Shown piece after piece: positions 8,491-18,645 of a DNA stretch of 64,000 bases. A program made the translations under genes and the position numbers. Source of the stretch: Alphaproteobacteria bacterium (GTDB lineage Bacteria > Pseudomonadota > Alphaproteobacteria > UBA828); contig CBDCRW010000004.1 in NCBI GenBank assembly GCA_965221125.1, positions 1,024,001 through 1,088,000 on the forward strand, read 5' to 3'. The notes under the pieces are model-generated. The model was not told the DNA's origin, did not search any database, and saw nothing but the letters and a program-made list of their open reading frames with translations. Each line of letters starts with the position of its first letter. Position 1 is the first letter of the stretch.

Positions 8491-11417
8491 GGTGCTGCCG
8501 CACAGTCATTTTCATCGCGTTGCTGGGCGGCGTATCCGTAATAGCGGCCGTGCTCGTTATGAGCGTCGTCCTTCCGGCCGGGCGGAGCCAGGCGGCAGAA
8601 CCGGTGCTTCAGGCCGCGTCTGTGCAGGCCGTGCCTGTCCGGGCTGCGCCTGTCCGGGCTGCGCCTGTCCGGGCTGCGCCTGTCCGGGCTGCGCCTGTCC
8701 GGGCTGCGCCTGTCCGGGCTGCGCCTGTCCGGGCTGCGCCTGTCCGGGCTGCGCCTGTCCGGGCTGCGCCTGTCCGGGCTGCGCCTGTGCCGGTGGTCGA
8801 GGAAGGGACGAAACAGGTTCTGGTGCTTGCGGCCGCGCGGTCTCTGCCGGCGGGTACGGTGCTGGCGGGCGAGCATCTCACCGGGATCGGCATCGCGGCC
8901 GACCTGGTCGGGCACGGACACATCCGGGTGGACAACCTCGACGGGGACAAAGCGCCCTACGGCTACGCGGTGCGAGAAGCGATCGCTACGGGCGCGCCGT
9001 TGACGTGGCTCTCCCTGGTGGGGCCCCGGCGAGAGGGCTTTCTTGCGGCGGTACTGAAGCCCGGCATGCGGGCCGTCACCGTAACGCTCGGGCCTGCCAC
9101 GGTTGGTTCCGGGATTGTCGAGCCGAGCGATCGCGTGGACGTGATCCTGGCGTCGCATTCGCGCGATAGCGGTGAGGGGAGCGTGCTGGCGCGAAGGTTG
9201 CTGGAGGACGTGCGCGTCGTGGCCGTGGACCGGCGGATCGTCGTCGGCACGGCCGACGCGTCCGCACCCGGGGACAAGATCGAGCGCGGGGAGATCGTGA
9301 CCGCGACGCTGGAGGTCCTGCCCTCTCAGACAGGCCTTCTCGGCCTGGGCGAGCTCGAGGGCGAGCTCTCGCTTGTCGCACGCCCGCCGGCGGCCGGCGG
9401 CGAGCGCGTCCAGGCGCTCGATGCGATCAACGCGCAGCGCCCGCCGGTGCTGGCGGAGGAAGTCGTTAAACAGATGAGCCTGCAGCAGACCGTCCGGGTC
9501 ATGCGCGGCAGCGCGGTCGATCATGTCGTGTTTGGAAATGACCTGAAATCCGCCGCGCCGGCTGCCGGACCGCAGCATGCGCTTGTGGCCGAAGATCCCG
9601 GTTCCGGCGGTGTCCAGATGCGGCGGATGGCCGGCGGCACCACTCCTTCAGTCGAGGCCGACCCCGCAGTCGTCACGGAGGATTGGCCCGGACTTGCGGC
9701 GGCCGCGCTCACGGAAGCCGGACCGATCGAAAATGGGCTGGATGCAGGAGCGGAACTCGAGCACGTGCCCGAGCTCGAACCGGTTCTTCCCGTCCTCGAC
9801 GTTGCTACCGAGGCACGGTCCCCTCGCGGGGCCGTGCAGACGGGCGCGGCGGAGCGGGCGGCGACCGCGGAGCTCGCCCTCACCGCCCCCACGGAACACT
9901 TGCCGGACGAGAGCGGCCAGCCCGCCGCGTTGAGTGTCGGAGAGCTGCGCACACCATCGGCAGCGGAGGCCGATCCCGGGAGCGTGCTCGTGCAGAGCCT
10001 CGCCGGCGGCATCGCGCTCCCCGGCGCGGCGGCTGCGACGGAGGAGCCGCCGGAGCCGGAAGCCGCCGCGCTTGCGGAAGCGGCTGACTGGTCCTCCCTG
10101 TCGGAAAGCGCGCCAGATGAGCACGCGCCGCCTCTTGCGCTCGGTCTTGAGCGACCGAATTCAATTCCGGCGGCGGCTCCCGATGCCGCGGCAGGCAGCA
10201 TTCTGCTGCCGGCGCGCAGAGCGGTTCCGGCCGATGCGACCGACTCGGCAGCTGCTGCCGGGCTTGCGGCGGATTTGCTTGGGAAGCGCACCCCGGCGCA
10301 GCATGACCTGGCGGCGGAACCGAGGCGCGAGCCCTCGCGCACGGACCGGGTGGATCGGCCGGATCGCCAAGGCGTTGCGGCGGAGCGGAGAGACCTTGAT
10401 CCGACGGCAGCCGAGCAGGCGGCGGAAGCTGCCGTCTCGTCGCTGCCGTGGGCCATGCTGTCGGCGAACGGCGCCACGATCGCCGGCGGCGGTGCCTTGC
10501 TGCTCGGCTGGACGGGAGCCTTCCTGTGGCTGCGGCGGCAGAACAAGGCCCTGCGCAGTCGGCTGCAATCGGTGAGCGCGCCCCTCACCGGTCATGGCGC
10601 GGTGGAGCAGATAGCGCCGGAAGAGAGCATCTTCCGCCCGAGGCGCCCCGATTCCCGGTTGTCGTGGCTGTGGCGGCGGCTCGAGAGGCGCTATCCGCTG
10701 ATCGACGCGCCGCAGGTGTTTCCGCGCCTTCTGGGGGTCGGCGTGCTGGCAGCCGCCCTGGTCTGGGCGGGCATGTGGGTGATGGGAATGCCGGGCGCAG
10801 TGTCGCCTCTCGCTGCCGCCATCGGAGGCTTTGCCGGCGCCTGGTTTTTCCTGGGGCGGGTCCAGACGCGTAAGGAAACCCAGTTCGTCCAGCAGTTCCC
10901 GGAAGTCGTGGACCAGATCGTGCGGCTGTCGGGTGCCGGCCTGCCGCCGCTGGAGGCGCTGGGCAAGGTCGCCGAGGACGCGCAAGAACCGGTGAAGGGA
11001 GTTCTGGAAGAGGTCTCGGATGCGCTTCTGGCCGGTCTGGACGCCGACACCGCGCTGGGGATGGTTGCCGGCCGGGTGCGGCTGGCGGAGTTCACTCTGT
11101 TCGCCGCGGTGATCCGCCTGCAGCGCCGGGCGGGGGGCAGCATCTCCGGGGCGTTCTCGAACCTTTCGAACACGCTGCGCGCTCGGCGCGCGACGGCGCT
11201 GAAGGCGAAGGCGTCGACGGCGCAGACGCGGCTCACGCTGCTGGTGCTCATGCTGATGCCGCCTCTGGTGTTGGGCGCGCAGAGCATGACCTCACCTGGC
11301 TCGGTCGACCTGCTGTTCAACTCGGAAGATGGGCAGACTCTGCTGCAGCTTGGCGTGGGCCTGATCGTTGTCGGCCTGATCGTGGCGCGCCAGATCGCTG
11401 CCCGGGGCGCGAAGTAG
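8487..11417 (+). CDS. CpaB/RcpC - Ala/Pro/Glu linker - TadB fusion protein
   Basis: GTG 8487 overlaps the tadA stop and its N-terminus matches the cpaB paralog at 19138; SAF/RcpC motifs ([45 protein letters not shown]); C-terminal T2SSF/TadB motifs ([40 protein letters not shown]). Confidence 0.88.
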   Translation: MRCCRTVIFIALLGGVSVIAAVLVMSVVLPAGRSQAAEPVLQAASVQAVPVRAAPVRAAPVRAAPVRAAPVRAAPVRAAPVRAAPVRAAPVRAAPVRAAPVPVVEEGTKQVLVLAAARSLPAGTVLAGEHLTGIGIAADLVGHGHIRVDNLDGDKAPYGYAVREAIATGAPLTWLSLVGPRREGFLAAVLKPGMRAVTVTLGPATVGSGIVEPSDRVDVILASHSRDSGEGSVLARRLLEDVRVVAVDRRIVVGTADASAPGDKIERGEIVTATLEVLPSQTGLLGLGELEGELSLVARPPAAGGERVQALDAINAQRPPVLAEEVVKQMSLQQTVRVMRGSAVDHVVFGNDLKSAAPAAGPQHALVAEDPGSGGVQMRRMAGGTTPSVEADPAVVTEDWPGLAAAALTEAGPIENGLDAGAELEHVPELEPVLPVLDVATEARSPRGAVQTGAAERAATAELALTAPTEHLPDESGQPAALSVGELRTPSAAEADPGSVLVQSLAGGIALPGAAAATEEPPEPEAAALAEAADWSSLSESAPDEHAPPLALGLERPNSIPAAAPDAAAGSILLPARRAVPADATDSAAAAGLAADLLGKRTPAQHDLAAEPRREPSRTDRVDRPDRQGVAAERRDLDPTAAEQAAEAAVSSLPWAMLSANGATIAGGGALLLGWTGAFLWLRRQNKALRSRLQSVSAPLTGHGAVEQIAPEESIFRPRRPDSRLSWLWRRLERRYPLIDAPQVFPRLLGVGVLAAALVWAGMWVMGMPGAVSPLAAAIGGFAGAWFFLGRVQTRKETQFVQQFPEVVDQIVRLSGAGLPPLEALGKVAEDAQEPVKGVLEEVSDALLAGLDADTALGMVAGRVRLAEFTLFAAVIRLQRRAGGSISGAFSNLSNTLRARRATALKAKASTAQTRLTLLVLMLMPPLVLGAQSMTSPGSVDLLFNSEDGQTLLQLGVGLIVVGLIVARQIAARGAK
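8633..8787 (+). repeat. Perfect 15-bp tandem repeat x10 encoding (PVRAA)10
   Basis: Unit gcctgtccgggctgc repeated ten times in frame. Confidence 0.97.
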
Positions 11418-11434
11418 GCCGGGGAGGAGTTGAG

Positions 11435-12430
11435 ATGACGTCTTCGATGATTGTGCTGGCGGGCGTTGCGACCAGCGGGGTGGTGCTGATCCTGCTTGCT
11501 CCCCTCATCTTCGGGGAGACGCAGCGGGCGCGGCTTCTCGACCGGCGTCTCGCGATGGCGCGGCGGGAGGCGATGCGTGCGGTGCCGGGCTCTGGCGCCT
11601 CGGCGGTGGCTGCGGTGCAGCTTCGCTCCTTCGGACCGGCACTGCTCCAGGCGCTCTCGATGTTGGTTCCGGTGGGCGCACGGGAGCGTGAGAAGCTTAC
11701 GCGTACCTTGCGCCTTGCCGGGTTTGCGCGTCATGACGCGCTCTCGCTGTTCCTCTCGTGCAAGCTTGCCAGCAGCGTGCTCGGCGCCGGTCTCGCCGCC
11801 TTTGCCGCGCAGGCCATCGGTCCCGTGCTCGCGTTCCTTCCTCATGGCGCCCTTGTCGCGGTTGCGGGCGTGGCCGGGTTCGCAATCGGCGGCATCGTGC
11901 CCGAGTACGGAGTGCGCTCCCTGGTGAGCCGCCGGCAGCGCAGGATGAGCAGCGCGCTCCCCGATGCCCTCGACCTGATGACCATGTGCCTGGAGTCGGG
12001 TCTTACCTTCGAGCGGGCGCTCGCGACGGTGGCGGAAGAGCTGACCCCGATAGAGCCCGATCTGGCGGCCGAGTTCCGCGTCATCGAAGCGGAGCTGCGC
12101 GTCGGCGCCAATCGCCGCTCGGTGCTCCAGGCCTACCAGGAGCGCACCGACATCGAGGGTCTGAAGGATCTCGCGATGAGCCTGATCCAGGGCGACCGCT
12201 ACGGCACGCCGCTTACCCAGTCGATGAAGAACATCGCGGAGGGCGAGCGCGTGCAGCGTGCGGCCCGCATCTCGGCATGGGCGTCCAAGCTGCCGGTGTT
12301 GATGACGCTCCCCATGCTGCTGCTGGTGATGCCGGGGATCATGCTCCTGGTGGCGGGCCCCGGGGTGCTCTCGGCGATGAAGGCGCTCAGCGGACTGAGC
12401 TCTATTGGAGGCGGACCCAGTGTTGAATGA
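11435..12430 (+). CDS. tadC: TadC inner-membrane platform protein (T2SSF family)
   Basis: ALPDALDLMTMCLESGLTFERAL, LIQGDRYGTPL, ASKLPVLMTLPM; follows tadB. Confidence 0.93.
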   Translation: MTSSMIVLAGVATSGVVLILLAPLIFGETQRARLLDRRLAMARREAMRAVPGSGASAVAAVQLRSFGPALLQALSMLVPVGAREREKLTRTLRLAGFARHDALSLFLSCKLASSVLGAGLAAFAAQAIGPVLAFLPHGALVAVAGVAGFAIGGIVPEYGVRSLVSRRQRRMSSALPDALDLMTMCLESGLTFERALATVAEELTPIEPDLAAEFRVIEAELRVGANRRSVLQAYQERTDIEGLKDLAMSLIQGDRYGTPLTQSMKNIAEGERVQRAARISAWASKLPVLMTLPMLLLVMPGIMLLVAGPGVLSAMKALSGLSSIGGGPSVE

Positions 12431-12431
12431 G

Positions 12432-13385
12432 ATGCGCATAGAGTCCCTTCTGTTCTTCGCGGCTACCGGGCTGGCTGCCTTGCTGCTCGCCGCCGGCGTG
12501 CATGCGGAGGAGCCGATCAAGCCGATTCCGGAGGCCGTGAACGTGAACCCGTTCAAGGTCGAGCTGGGCCGCTCGCTCTTCCACGACACTATCCTGTCCA
12601 AGGATGACACCATCGCGTGCGCGAGCTGCCACGAGCTCGCGAGCGGCGGCGACGACGGGCTCCGGGTCTCGATCGGGATCGAGGGCCGGGAGGGCCCGAT
12701 CAACTCGCCCACGGTGTTCAACTCAGCCTTCAACTTCAAGCAGTTCTGGGACGGGCGTGCCAGGGACCTCGAGGCCCAGATCGACGGGCCCATCCAGAAC
12801 CCTGTGGAGATGGGCAACCTCTGGCCCGACGTGGTCTCCAAGCTCTACCAGGACAGCGACTACCCGGCGCAGTTCAACGCGATCTACGCGGACGGCATCA
12901 ACCGCAAGAACGTCAAGAACGCGATCGCCGAGTACTTGAAGTCCCTGATCACGCCCAACAGCCGCTTCGACCAGTGGCTCAAGGGCAACGAGAGCGCGCT
13001 GACGGACTACGAGAAGCACGGCTACGCGCTCTTCAAGGACTACGGCTGCTCCTCGTGCCACCAGGGCGCGAACGTGGGCGGCAACATGTTCCAGGTCTTC
13101 GGCGTGCTGAACGACTACTTCAAGCGGAGGGGCGACATCACCGACGCGGACCTCGGCCGCTACAACGTCACCGGCAACGAAGAAGACCGCCACTCGTTCA
13201 AGGTGCCCAGCCTGCGGATGGCGGCCCACACGGCTCCTTATCTCCATGACGGCAGCGCGGAGACGCTGCGGGACGCGGTCGACGCGATGTTCGAGTTCCA
13301 GCTCGGACGCGAGGCGCCCGACGAAGACAAGGACGCCATCGTCGCTTTCATCAAGACCCTGGCGGGCGAATCGGAGGAGTTCTGA
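12432..13385 (+). CDS. Di-heme cytochrome c peroxidase family (bCcP/MauG-like) periplasmic protein
   Basis: Signal peptide; two CxxCH motifs (CASCH, CSSCH); LGRSLFHD, INSPTVFN, QFWDGRA, FKVPSLR, APYLHDGS. Confidence 0.93.
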   Translation: MRIESLLFFAATGLAALLLAAGVHAEEPIKPIPEAVNVNPFKVELGRSLFHDTILSKDDTIACASCHELASGGDDGLRVSIGIEGREGPINSPTVFNSAFNFKQFWDGRARDLEAQIDGPIQNPVEMGNLWPDVVSKLYQDSDYPAQFNAIYADGINRKNVKNAIAEYLKSLITPNSRFDQWLKGNESALTDYEKHGYALFKDYGCSSCHQGANVGGNMFQVFGVLNDYFKRRGDITDADLGRYNVTGNEEDRHSFKVPSLRMAAHTAPYLHDGSAETLRDAVDAMFEFQLGREAPDEDKDAIVAFIKTLAGESEEF

Positions 13386-13387
13386 CC

Positions 13388-15142
13388 ATGAAACCTGGCG
13401 CGCTCATACTAGGCGCAGTCGTCTCCGTCATCCTGCTGGCGGTGGCGGGCGTCCTCTACATGATGGCCAACGACAGCGGCGAAGAGGACTACCGCAGCTC
13501 AATCGCGGCGGTACAGCAGATCCAGCGGCTATCGTCCGACTGGAGCATCGAGGTCAGCCGGGTCAGGTCCGACCCGCTTGCGGACTTCGACTCCCTTGCC
13601 GCCTTCATTCCGCGCATGGAGCGGCTCAAGGGAGAGTTGTCAGCGACCGCGAGCCGCATTCCCGATCTCCCGGATCGCCTCGCCAACGCCGTCAACGCCT
13701 ACATCAGCGCCGTCGACGCCAAGGAAGAGCGCGTCGAGCGCTTCAAGACGGGCTATGCGGTCGTGCGCAACTCCGAGAGATACCTCCCGCTCGCGGCATC
13801 CAACGTGGTGCGGCTAGCCGAGGAGGCCGGAGAGGGAGGGCTGGCACGGCGCGTCTCCGGCCTGGTTCAGGAGATGGATCTCTACCTGACCTCGCCGAAC
13901 GAGACGGCGCAGGAAAGACTGGTGGGCGAGATCGAGGAGCTTCGTGCCGAGAGCGTCACCTACCCGCCGGCCCTCTCCAACACGCTGAGCAACCTAATCT
14001 CCCATGCCGAGGTGCTTCTCGCGAAGCAGGCCCCCACGGAGGAGCTATTCGCGGAGGCGACCTCGAACAATATCTCCGGGATGACCGACGAGCTGGTCAA
14101 CAACCTGCAGTTCGAGCTCGGCAGGTCGCAGGCGCAGCTGGCCTTTTACGACCGGGGGATGCTGATCGTCATCGCGCTGCTGGCGCTGTTCTGGATCCTG
14201 CTTGCGCTGCACCAGAGGCGGCGGGGCGGAGCGGAGACCGCGCCGGTTGCGGAGGCACCTGCCTATGCCGCTGTTGCGCCGGGCGCCGCGCCTGTGCACG
14301 CCGCAGCGAACGGCTCCGCCGAGCCGGCCGCTCCGGCTCCGGCGGCGCACTCTGCACCCGCGCCGGCGCCCGTGCCCATGCCTGCAGAGCCCGACCTCGA
14401 AGAGGCAACGGTCAGGGGCTTCGTGGTCAAGTCGGCCGCCGGCACGCTTTCCGCGGCGGCGGACCAGATCACTGCCCGCATGGACTACCTGCGCCAGACC
14501 CGCCAGCACCTGCAGAACGCGCTGGACAATAGCGACACACTTGCCGACCTGCCCGACGGCATCGACCTCGACGAGGAGATGGCGGCCCTCGCCGACATCT
14601 CGACGAGTATCCGTCAGGAGGCCGCCGGCATCGCCGGTCTGGCGAAACGCCTCGAGACCGTGGCGGCGCTGCCCAACAGCGAGGTGCGGCGCAGCATGAC
14701 CGATGTCAACGCCTGTATCGAGGAGGCGATCGAGGCGTGCGGGCCGACGGCGGCGAAGGTGATCTCGAAGCGGCTGGGCGACGTTCCCGAGATCCTCGCG
14801 TCGCGGGCGGAGCTGCGCCTTCTGCTCAAGAAGATCGTCGAGAACTCGGTGCGCGCCGTGGACGGGCTCGACGGGCGCGAGGGTGTCGTCAGGATCGACA
14901 CGGCGCGCAAGGACGACGAGATCGTGATCACGGTAATCGACAACGGCAACGGGATCGCGGCCGAGAAGCGCATGAACATCTTCCGGCCGTTCTACACCTC
15001 GCATGAGGATGCCATGGGGATCGGCCTCTCGCTGGCCGGCCACCTGGCGAAGAAGTACGAGGGCGTGATCAAGATCAACTCGCTGCCGGGGCAGGGAACC
15101 GTGGCTCAGATCACGCTCCCGGCCGGCGTGCCGAGTCCGTGA
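13388..15142 (+). CDS. Membrane sensor with an all-helical (DAHL-like) periplasmic domain and HATPase_c domain; degenerate H-box
   Basis: Two TM helices flank a helical domain (DFDSL, VERFKTGYAVVRNSERYLP); N box IVENSVRA, G1 DNGNGI, F box IFRPFYTS, G2 GIGLS. Confidence 0.8.
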   Translation: MKPGALILGAVVSVILLAVAGVLYMMANDSGEEDYRSSIAAVQQIQRLSSDWSIEVSRVRSDPLADFDSLAAFIPRMERLKGELSATASRIPDLPDRLANAVNAYISAVDAKEERVERFKTGYAVVRNSERYLPLAASNVVRLAEEAGEGGLARRVSGLVQEMDLYLTSPNETAQERLVGEIEELRAESVTYPPALSNTLSNLISHAEVLLAKQAPTEELFAEATSNNISGMTDELVNNLQFELGRSQAQLAFYDRGMLIVIALLALFWILLALHQRRRGGAETAPVAEAPAYAAVAPGAAPVHAAANGSAEPAAPAPAAHSAPAPAPVPMPAEPDLEEATVRGFVVKSAAGTLSAAADQITARMDYLRQTRQHLQNALDNSDTLADLPDGIDLDEEMAALADISTSIRQEAAGIAGLAKRLETVAALPNSEVRRSMTDVNACIEEAIEACGPTAAKVISKRLGDVPEILASRAELRLLLKKIVENSVRAVDGLDGREGVVRIDTARKDDEIVITVIDNGNGIAAEKRMNIFRPFYTSHEDAMGIGLSLAGHLAKKYEGVIKINSLPGQGTVAQITLPAGVPSP

Positions 15143-15233
15143 GACACGGGCCCCGGGAAATGCCAAGGACATCGATCCGCCGTTGCACCATGACCGGCGC
15201 CGCGGCACATCGGATCGAGAACGCGGGCGGAGC

Positions 15234-18200
15234 ATGAGAACGGAACGGAGCACGTTCGGTCGTTTGTCGGAGCGAAGCGGAGCCTCGACGGCACTGCGCG
15301 CGTTTTCAGGCGTGGTGACGCGGCGTGCGCGGTGCCTGTTTCCGCTCGTCGTCCTTGCAGCCATCGTGACCGCCGCCTGCGGCGGTGGTGAGCTTCGCAT
15401 CGCCAAGCCGGAGGGCGGTACAACACTCGAGTTCGATTTTCCGCCGGGGGAAGAGTGGACGCATCGATTGCCCACCATCTCCGGCGGGTTCCTTCCCTAT
15501 GAGACGAGCATCGAAGGCTGTCCTGACTGGGCGAGATTGCTCTTCCCCGACCAGAGATACCCTTCGCGACGCACTCTCGCGGGCATTGCCCCGGCCGAAG
15601 CAAGGGGCCAGCAATACCTGTGCACTTACCGCGTCACCGAGGCCGACCCCGGCTTCCGACCGCAGCGGAGCGTGACTTACGGCCTTCGTCTGGTTGTCGA
15701 GAGTGTTCCATCAGACCTGTCACTTCCGACGTATGTCGTGCCGGGGAATGTCCTGCGCCTCAGGGTAGGTAACCCCGTCAGCGAAACATTCAAAGAAGCA
15801 ACCGGGGGTGTGTGGCCTTACACCTATGAGCTTGAGTGCCCGGACCCTCCTCCTGGCACGTTACCTCCCACCAGCCCGCTTCCTCCCGGATTGGGGTTCG
15901 GCCAGGAGACCCGGGTTCTGTCCGGCACGCCGACGGCGGCCTATCAGGGTCCTAACTGCACCTACTCGGTGACGGACAGCGCGCAACCCCCCGCGACCGT
16001 CTCCAGGGCCGTCGAGGTCGAGGTCACGACCCCAAATCTTACTCTCGGCGATCCGGACGATATCAGCCTTTCCGTCGGCGAGTTGCACAATGACCCGCTT
16101 CCGGAGGCTACGGGTGGCGTCGAGCCCTACGCCTATTCATTAACCTGTGGCGGAGGGCAGTTGCCGTCGGGAATGGACTTCACGCCCGAGACCCGCAGGT
16201 TCGCCGGCACCCCGGACGGTCGCTTCCGCGATTCGTGCACCTACACGGTGACGGACAGCGCCGACGAATCGTTCTCGCGGGTCGTCCAGATCGAGGTAAC
16301 GGGTGATGGCCCCTCGCTTGAATTGGTGTCACCCATCAACCTTACCATCGGCGAGCGCAGCGACCGGTCCCTGCCTGCTGCCTCTGGTGGTGTTGCGCCC
16401 TACACATATTCGTTCACCTGCGCCGGGGGACAGCTGCCGTCGGGGATGAGTTTTGCGCCTTCGCCCCCCGTGTTCGCCGGCACCCCGGACGGTCGCTTCC
16501 GCGATTCGTGCACCTACACGGTGACGGACAGCGCCGACGAATCGTTCTCGAGGGTCGTCCAGGTGACTAGCGCGGCGGCATCGCCGCTGAGACTTTCCCT
16601 GCCCGTCGTACCAGGGAACGTCCTGCGCCTCAGGGTAGGCGAGCGCACCAGGATAACGTTGCAAGCAGCAACCGGGGGCGTGCAACCTTACACCTATGAA
16701 CTTCAGTGCCCCGACCCCGCTCCTGGCACGTTTCCCCCTCCCACCGTGCTCCCTCCCGGTTTGGGGTTCGGCCCGCAAACCCGGGTTCTGTCCGGCACAC
16801 CCGAGGTGGCCTATGGGGGCCCGGACTGCTCGTACCGAGTGACCGACAGCTCCAATCCTCCAGCAAGCGCCGCACGAAGCATTGCGCTCATCATTAGTCC
16901 CGAACGTGCAAAGTGGCGGTTCACCGAACGAAGCCTCGTACAGAGAGATCGAACCTTGGGCCGCAATAGTGATGCGGACCCGCAGGAGGTTCACGAACTG
17001 CCGGAAGCGACGGTCGAAGCAGGAACGCCGCCACAAGATACCGTCCCCATCTACCGGCTCCTGCGCGTCCACCCGCCGCTGCGGTTCGATCAGGACACCC
17101 GCCAGCTGGAGTACATGCATCCCGAGTCAGGCAATGATCCGGCGCACGGCGTCACCTCCACGTACCTTTATCAAGTCCTCTTCGGCAATACGGTCGACGA
17201 CACACTGTGTATCGATGTCAGCTTCCGCGACGAAGATGAGGATGATGAAGATGACCAGCTGATCGCGTCTGTCCGGATACGTGACGATGCGCACTGGGAT
17301 GGCGAGATGTGGAGGTGCCCGGCAGCACCCTTGCAGCCGTCGTCCGCTTCACTCCCGCCGGTCTCCAATCCCGTCCACACGGCGCTCGCGCCCGTGCATG
17401 CGCGCCGCGCCGTCGATGTCGCTCACACTGCCGTTCGAGACCAAGTTCGCAACTGGTCTTCCGGTGAGGCGCGCACGCTCACGGCCATTACCCCTGCGAT
17501 AGGCCTTGCGTCGCTGTCGGGCGAGAGCGGCGGCTTCGACTACAGCGGGACGAGCGAGGCTCTGAGCGCCGGAGCGGAGCTCGGAGCCGGCTCCTGGCAG
17601 GTGGGCGCGCTCGCTTCGTTTGTCCGAACCGGTCTTCACTACCGTGCCGAGGCGAGCCTAGCCCAACACGGCTACCTTACCGGCGAACACGACACGGAAT
17701 TCCTGTCCCTGCATCCGTTCGCCGCGTGGCACGCCTCGTCGGGCGGCCATGTCTGGGTATCTTTCGGTGCCGGGTTGGGCGAGCTGCGCCACCGTGACGA
17801 TCTCGGTTTCCCGTCCTGGTCGCGCTCCGACGTGCGCCTTCTCAGCTATGCTGCGGGCGCCTCCGTTCCGGTTGCCGACATGCTGACCGGAGAGCTTCAG
17901 GCCGAAGCGGGCATCGAGGCCTTCTCCCTGGAGATCGAGGGCGGCGGCAACATATCCTCGTCCCTGCCCACGATGCGCGGCCGCGACTATCGTGCCGGCT
18001 TGGCGTGGAGCGCGCCTCTCTCAGGCTCACCTTCGATATCCATGGCCTACAGGCACCTGACCGGTGATGGGGCCGATGGCGGGTCGCTGGAGGCAGAGGG
18101 CTCTTTCTCGGTTGCAGGAGTGTTCGATCCCCGCCTCACCCTGACGGGGAGTGTCGAGGCTTCGTTCGGTCTCGGCGAGAACGACCAGGACCTCTGGGGC

Positions 18201-18521
18201 CTCGGCGCCGGCCTTCGTTTCGCTCCTGACGGCCTCGGTCGAGGCTTCGGGCTGGGCGTTGAGACTCGTCTCCGGTCCTTAACCCACGAGCAATCTCCCA
18301 GCGTGAGCATTCACGGCGAGGCCGGCTACGGGTTGGGGGGGGGACCGTTCGGGACGATACGGCCGTACTTTGGCGTGGTTGGCGAATCGCGCCGCCAGTC
18401 TGTCCAGCCAACCCTGGGTGTCGCACTCCGAGAGACACCGGATTTGGTGGCGAAAGTCGAATTTCGCGAACGTCCGGCAATCGACCGTGCACTCATGTTC
18501 ACGCTTTGGCACCGACTGTGA
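15234..18521 (+). CDS. Lipidated autotransporter-like adhesin with tandem putative Ig-like domains and C-terminal beta-barrel
   Basis: Lipobox-like LVVLAAIVTAA-CGGG; repeats of ATGGVxPYTY...LPxG(L/M)xF...R(VL/RF)xGTP...CTYxVTDS; C-terminal amphipathic strands (LSLHPFAAW, GEAGYGL, IRPYFG). Confidence 0.78.
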   Translation: MRTERSTFGRLSERSGASTALRAFSGVVTRRARCLFPLVVLAAIVTAACGGGELRIAKPEGGTTLEFDFPPGEEWTHRLPTISGGFLPYETSIEGCPDWARLLFPDQRYPSRRTLAGIAPAEARGQQYLCTYRVTEADPGFRPQRSVTYGLRLVVESVPSDLSLPTYVVPGNVLRLRVGNPVSETFKEATGGVWPYTYELECPDPPPGTLPPTSPLPPGLGFGQETRVLSGTPTAAYQGPNCTYSVTDSAQPPATVSRAVEVEVTTPNLTLGDPDDISLSVGELHNDPLPEATGGVEPYAYSLTCGGGQLPSGMDFTPETRRFAGTPDGRFRDSCTYTVTDSADESFSRVVQIEVTGDGPSLELVSPINLTIGERSDRSLPAASGGVAPYTYSFTCAGGQLPSGMSFAPSPPVFAGTPDGRFRDSCTYTVTDSADESFSRVVQVTSAAASPLRLSLPVVPGNVLRLRVGERTRITLQAATGGVQPYTYELQCPDPAPGTFPPPTVLPPGLGFGPQTRVLSGTPEVAYGGPDCSYRVTDSSNPPASAARSIALIISPERAKWRFTERSLVQRDRTLGRNSDADPQEVHELPEATVEAGTPPQDTVPIYRLLRVHPPLRFDQDTRQLEYMHPESGNDPAHGVTSTYLYQVLFGNTVDDTLCIDVSFRDEDEDDEDDQLIASVRIRDDAHWDGEMWRCPAAPLQPSSASLPPVSNPVHTALAPVHARRAVDVAHTAVRDQVRNWSSGEARTLTAITPAIGLASLSGESGGFDYSGTSEALSAGAELGAGSWQVGALASFVRTGLHYRAEASLAQHGYLTGEHDTEFLSLHPFAAWHASSGGHVWVSFGAGLGELRHRDDLGFPSWSRSDVRLLSYAAGASVPVADMLTGELQAEAGIEAFSLEIEGGGNISSSLPTMRGRDYRAGLAWSAPLSGSPSISMAYRHLTGDGADGGSLEAEGSFSVAGVFDPRLTLTGSVEASFGLGENDQDLWGLGAGLRFAPDGLGRGFGLGVETRLRSLTHEQSPSVSIHGEAGYGLGGGPFGTIRPYFGVVGESRRQSVQPTLGVALRETPDLVAKVEFRERPAIDRALMFTLWHRL
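16199..16550 (+). repeat. Identical ~79-nt segments in adjacent Ig-like domains (16199-16277 and 16472-16550)
   Basis: gttcgccggcaccccggacggtcgcttccgcgattcgtgc...gaatcgttctcg occurs twice. Confidence 0.9.
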
Positions 18522-18645
18522 TGCCGGCACTCGTGCACCTGATCCAGCCTTGTGCCGGCGGACGGATCCGCCGGGCGATCGCCGCGTTCGGCGCGAAGCC
18601 TGCCGAATCCGGTTCGCAGTCGCATGGAAATAGTTGAGGAGACAC

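Noticed and set aside
8633-8787. Possible CRISPR array, or a (CPGCA)n metallothionein-like ORF 8492-9169
   Set aside because: Repeats are head-to-tail with no spacers, and the Cys-rich peptide is an alternative frame of the cpaB-tadB VNTR.
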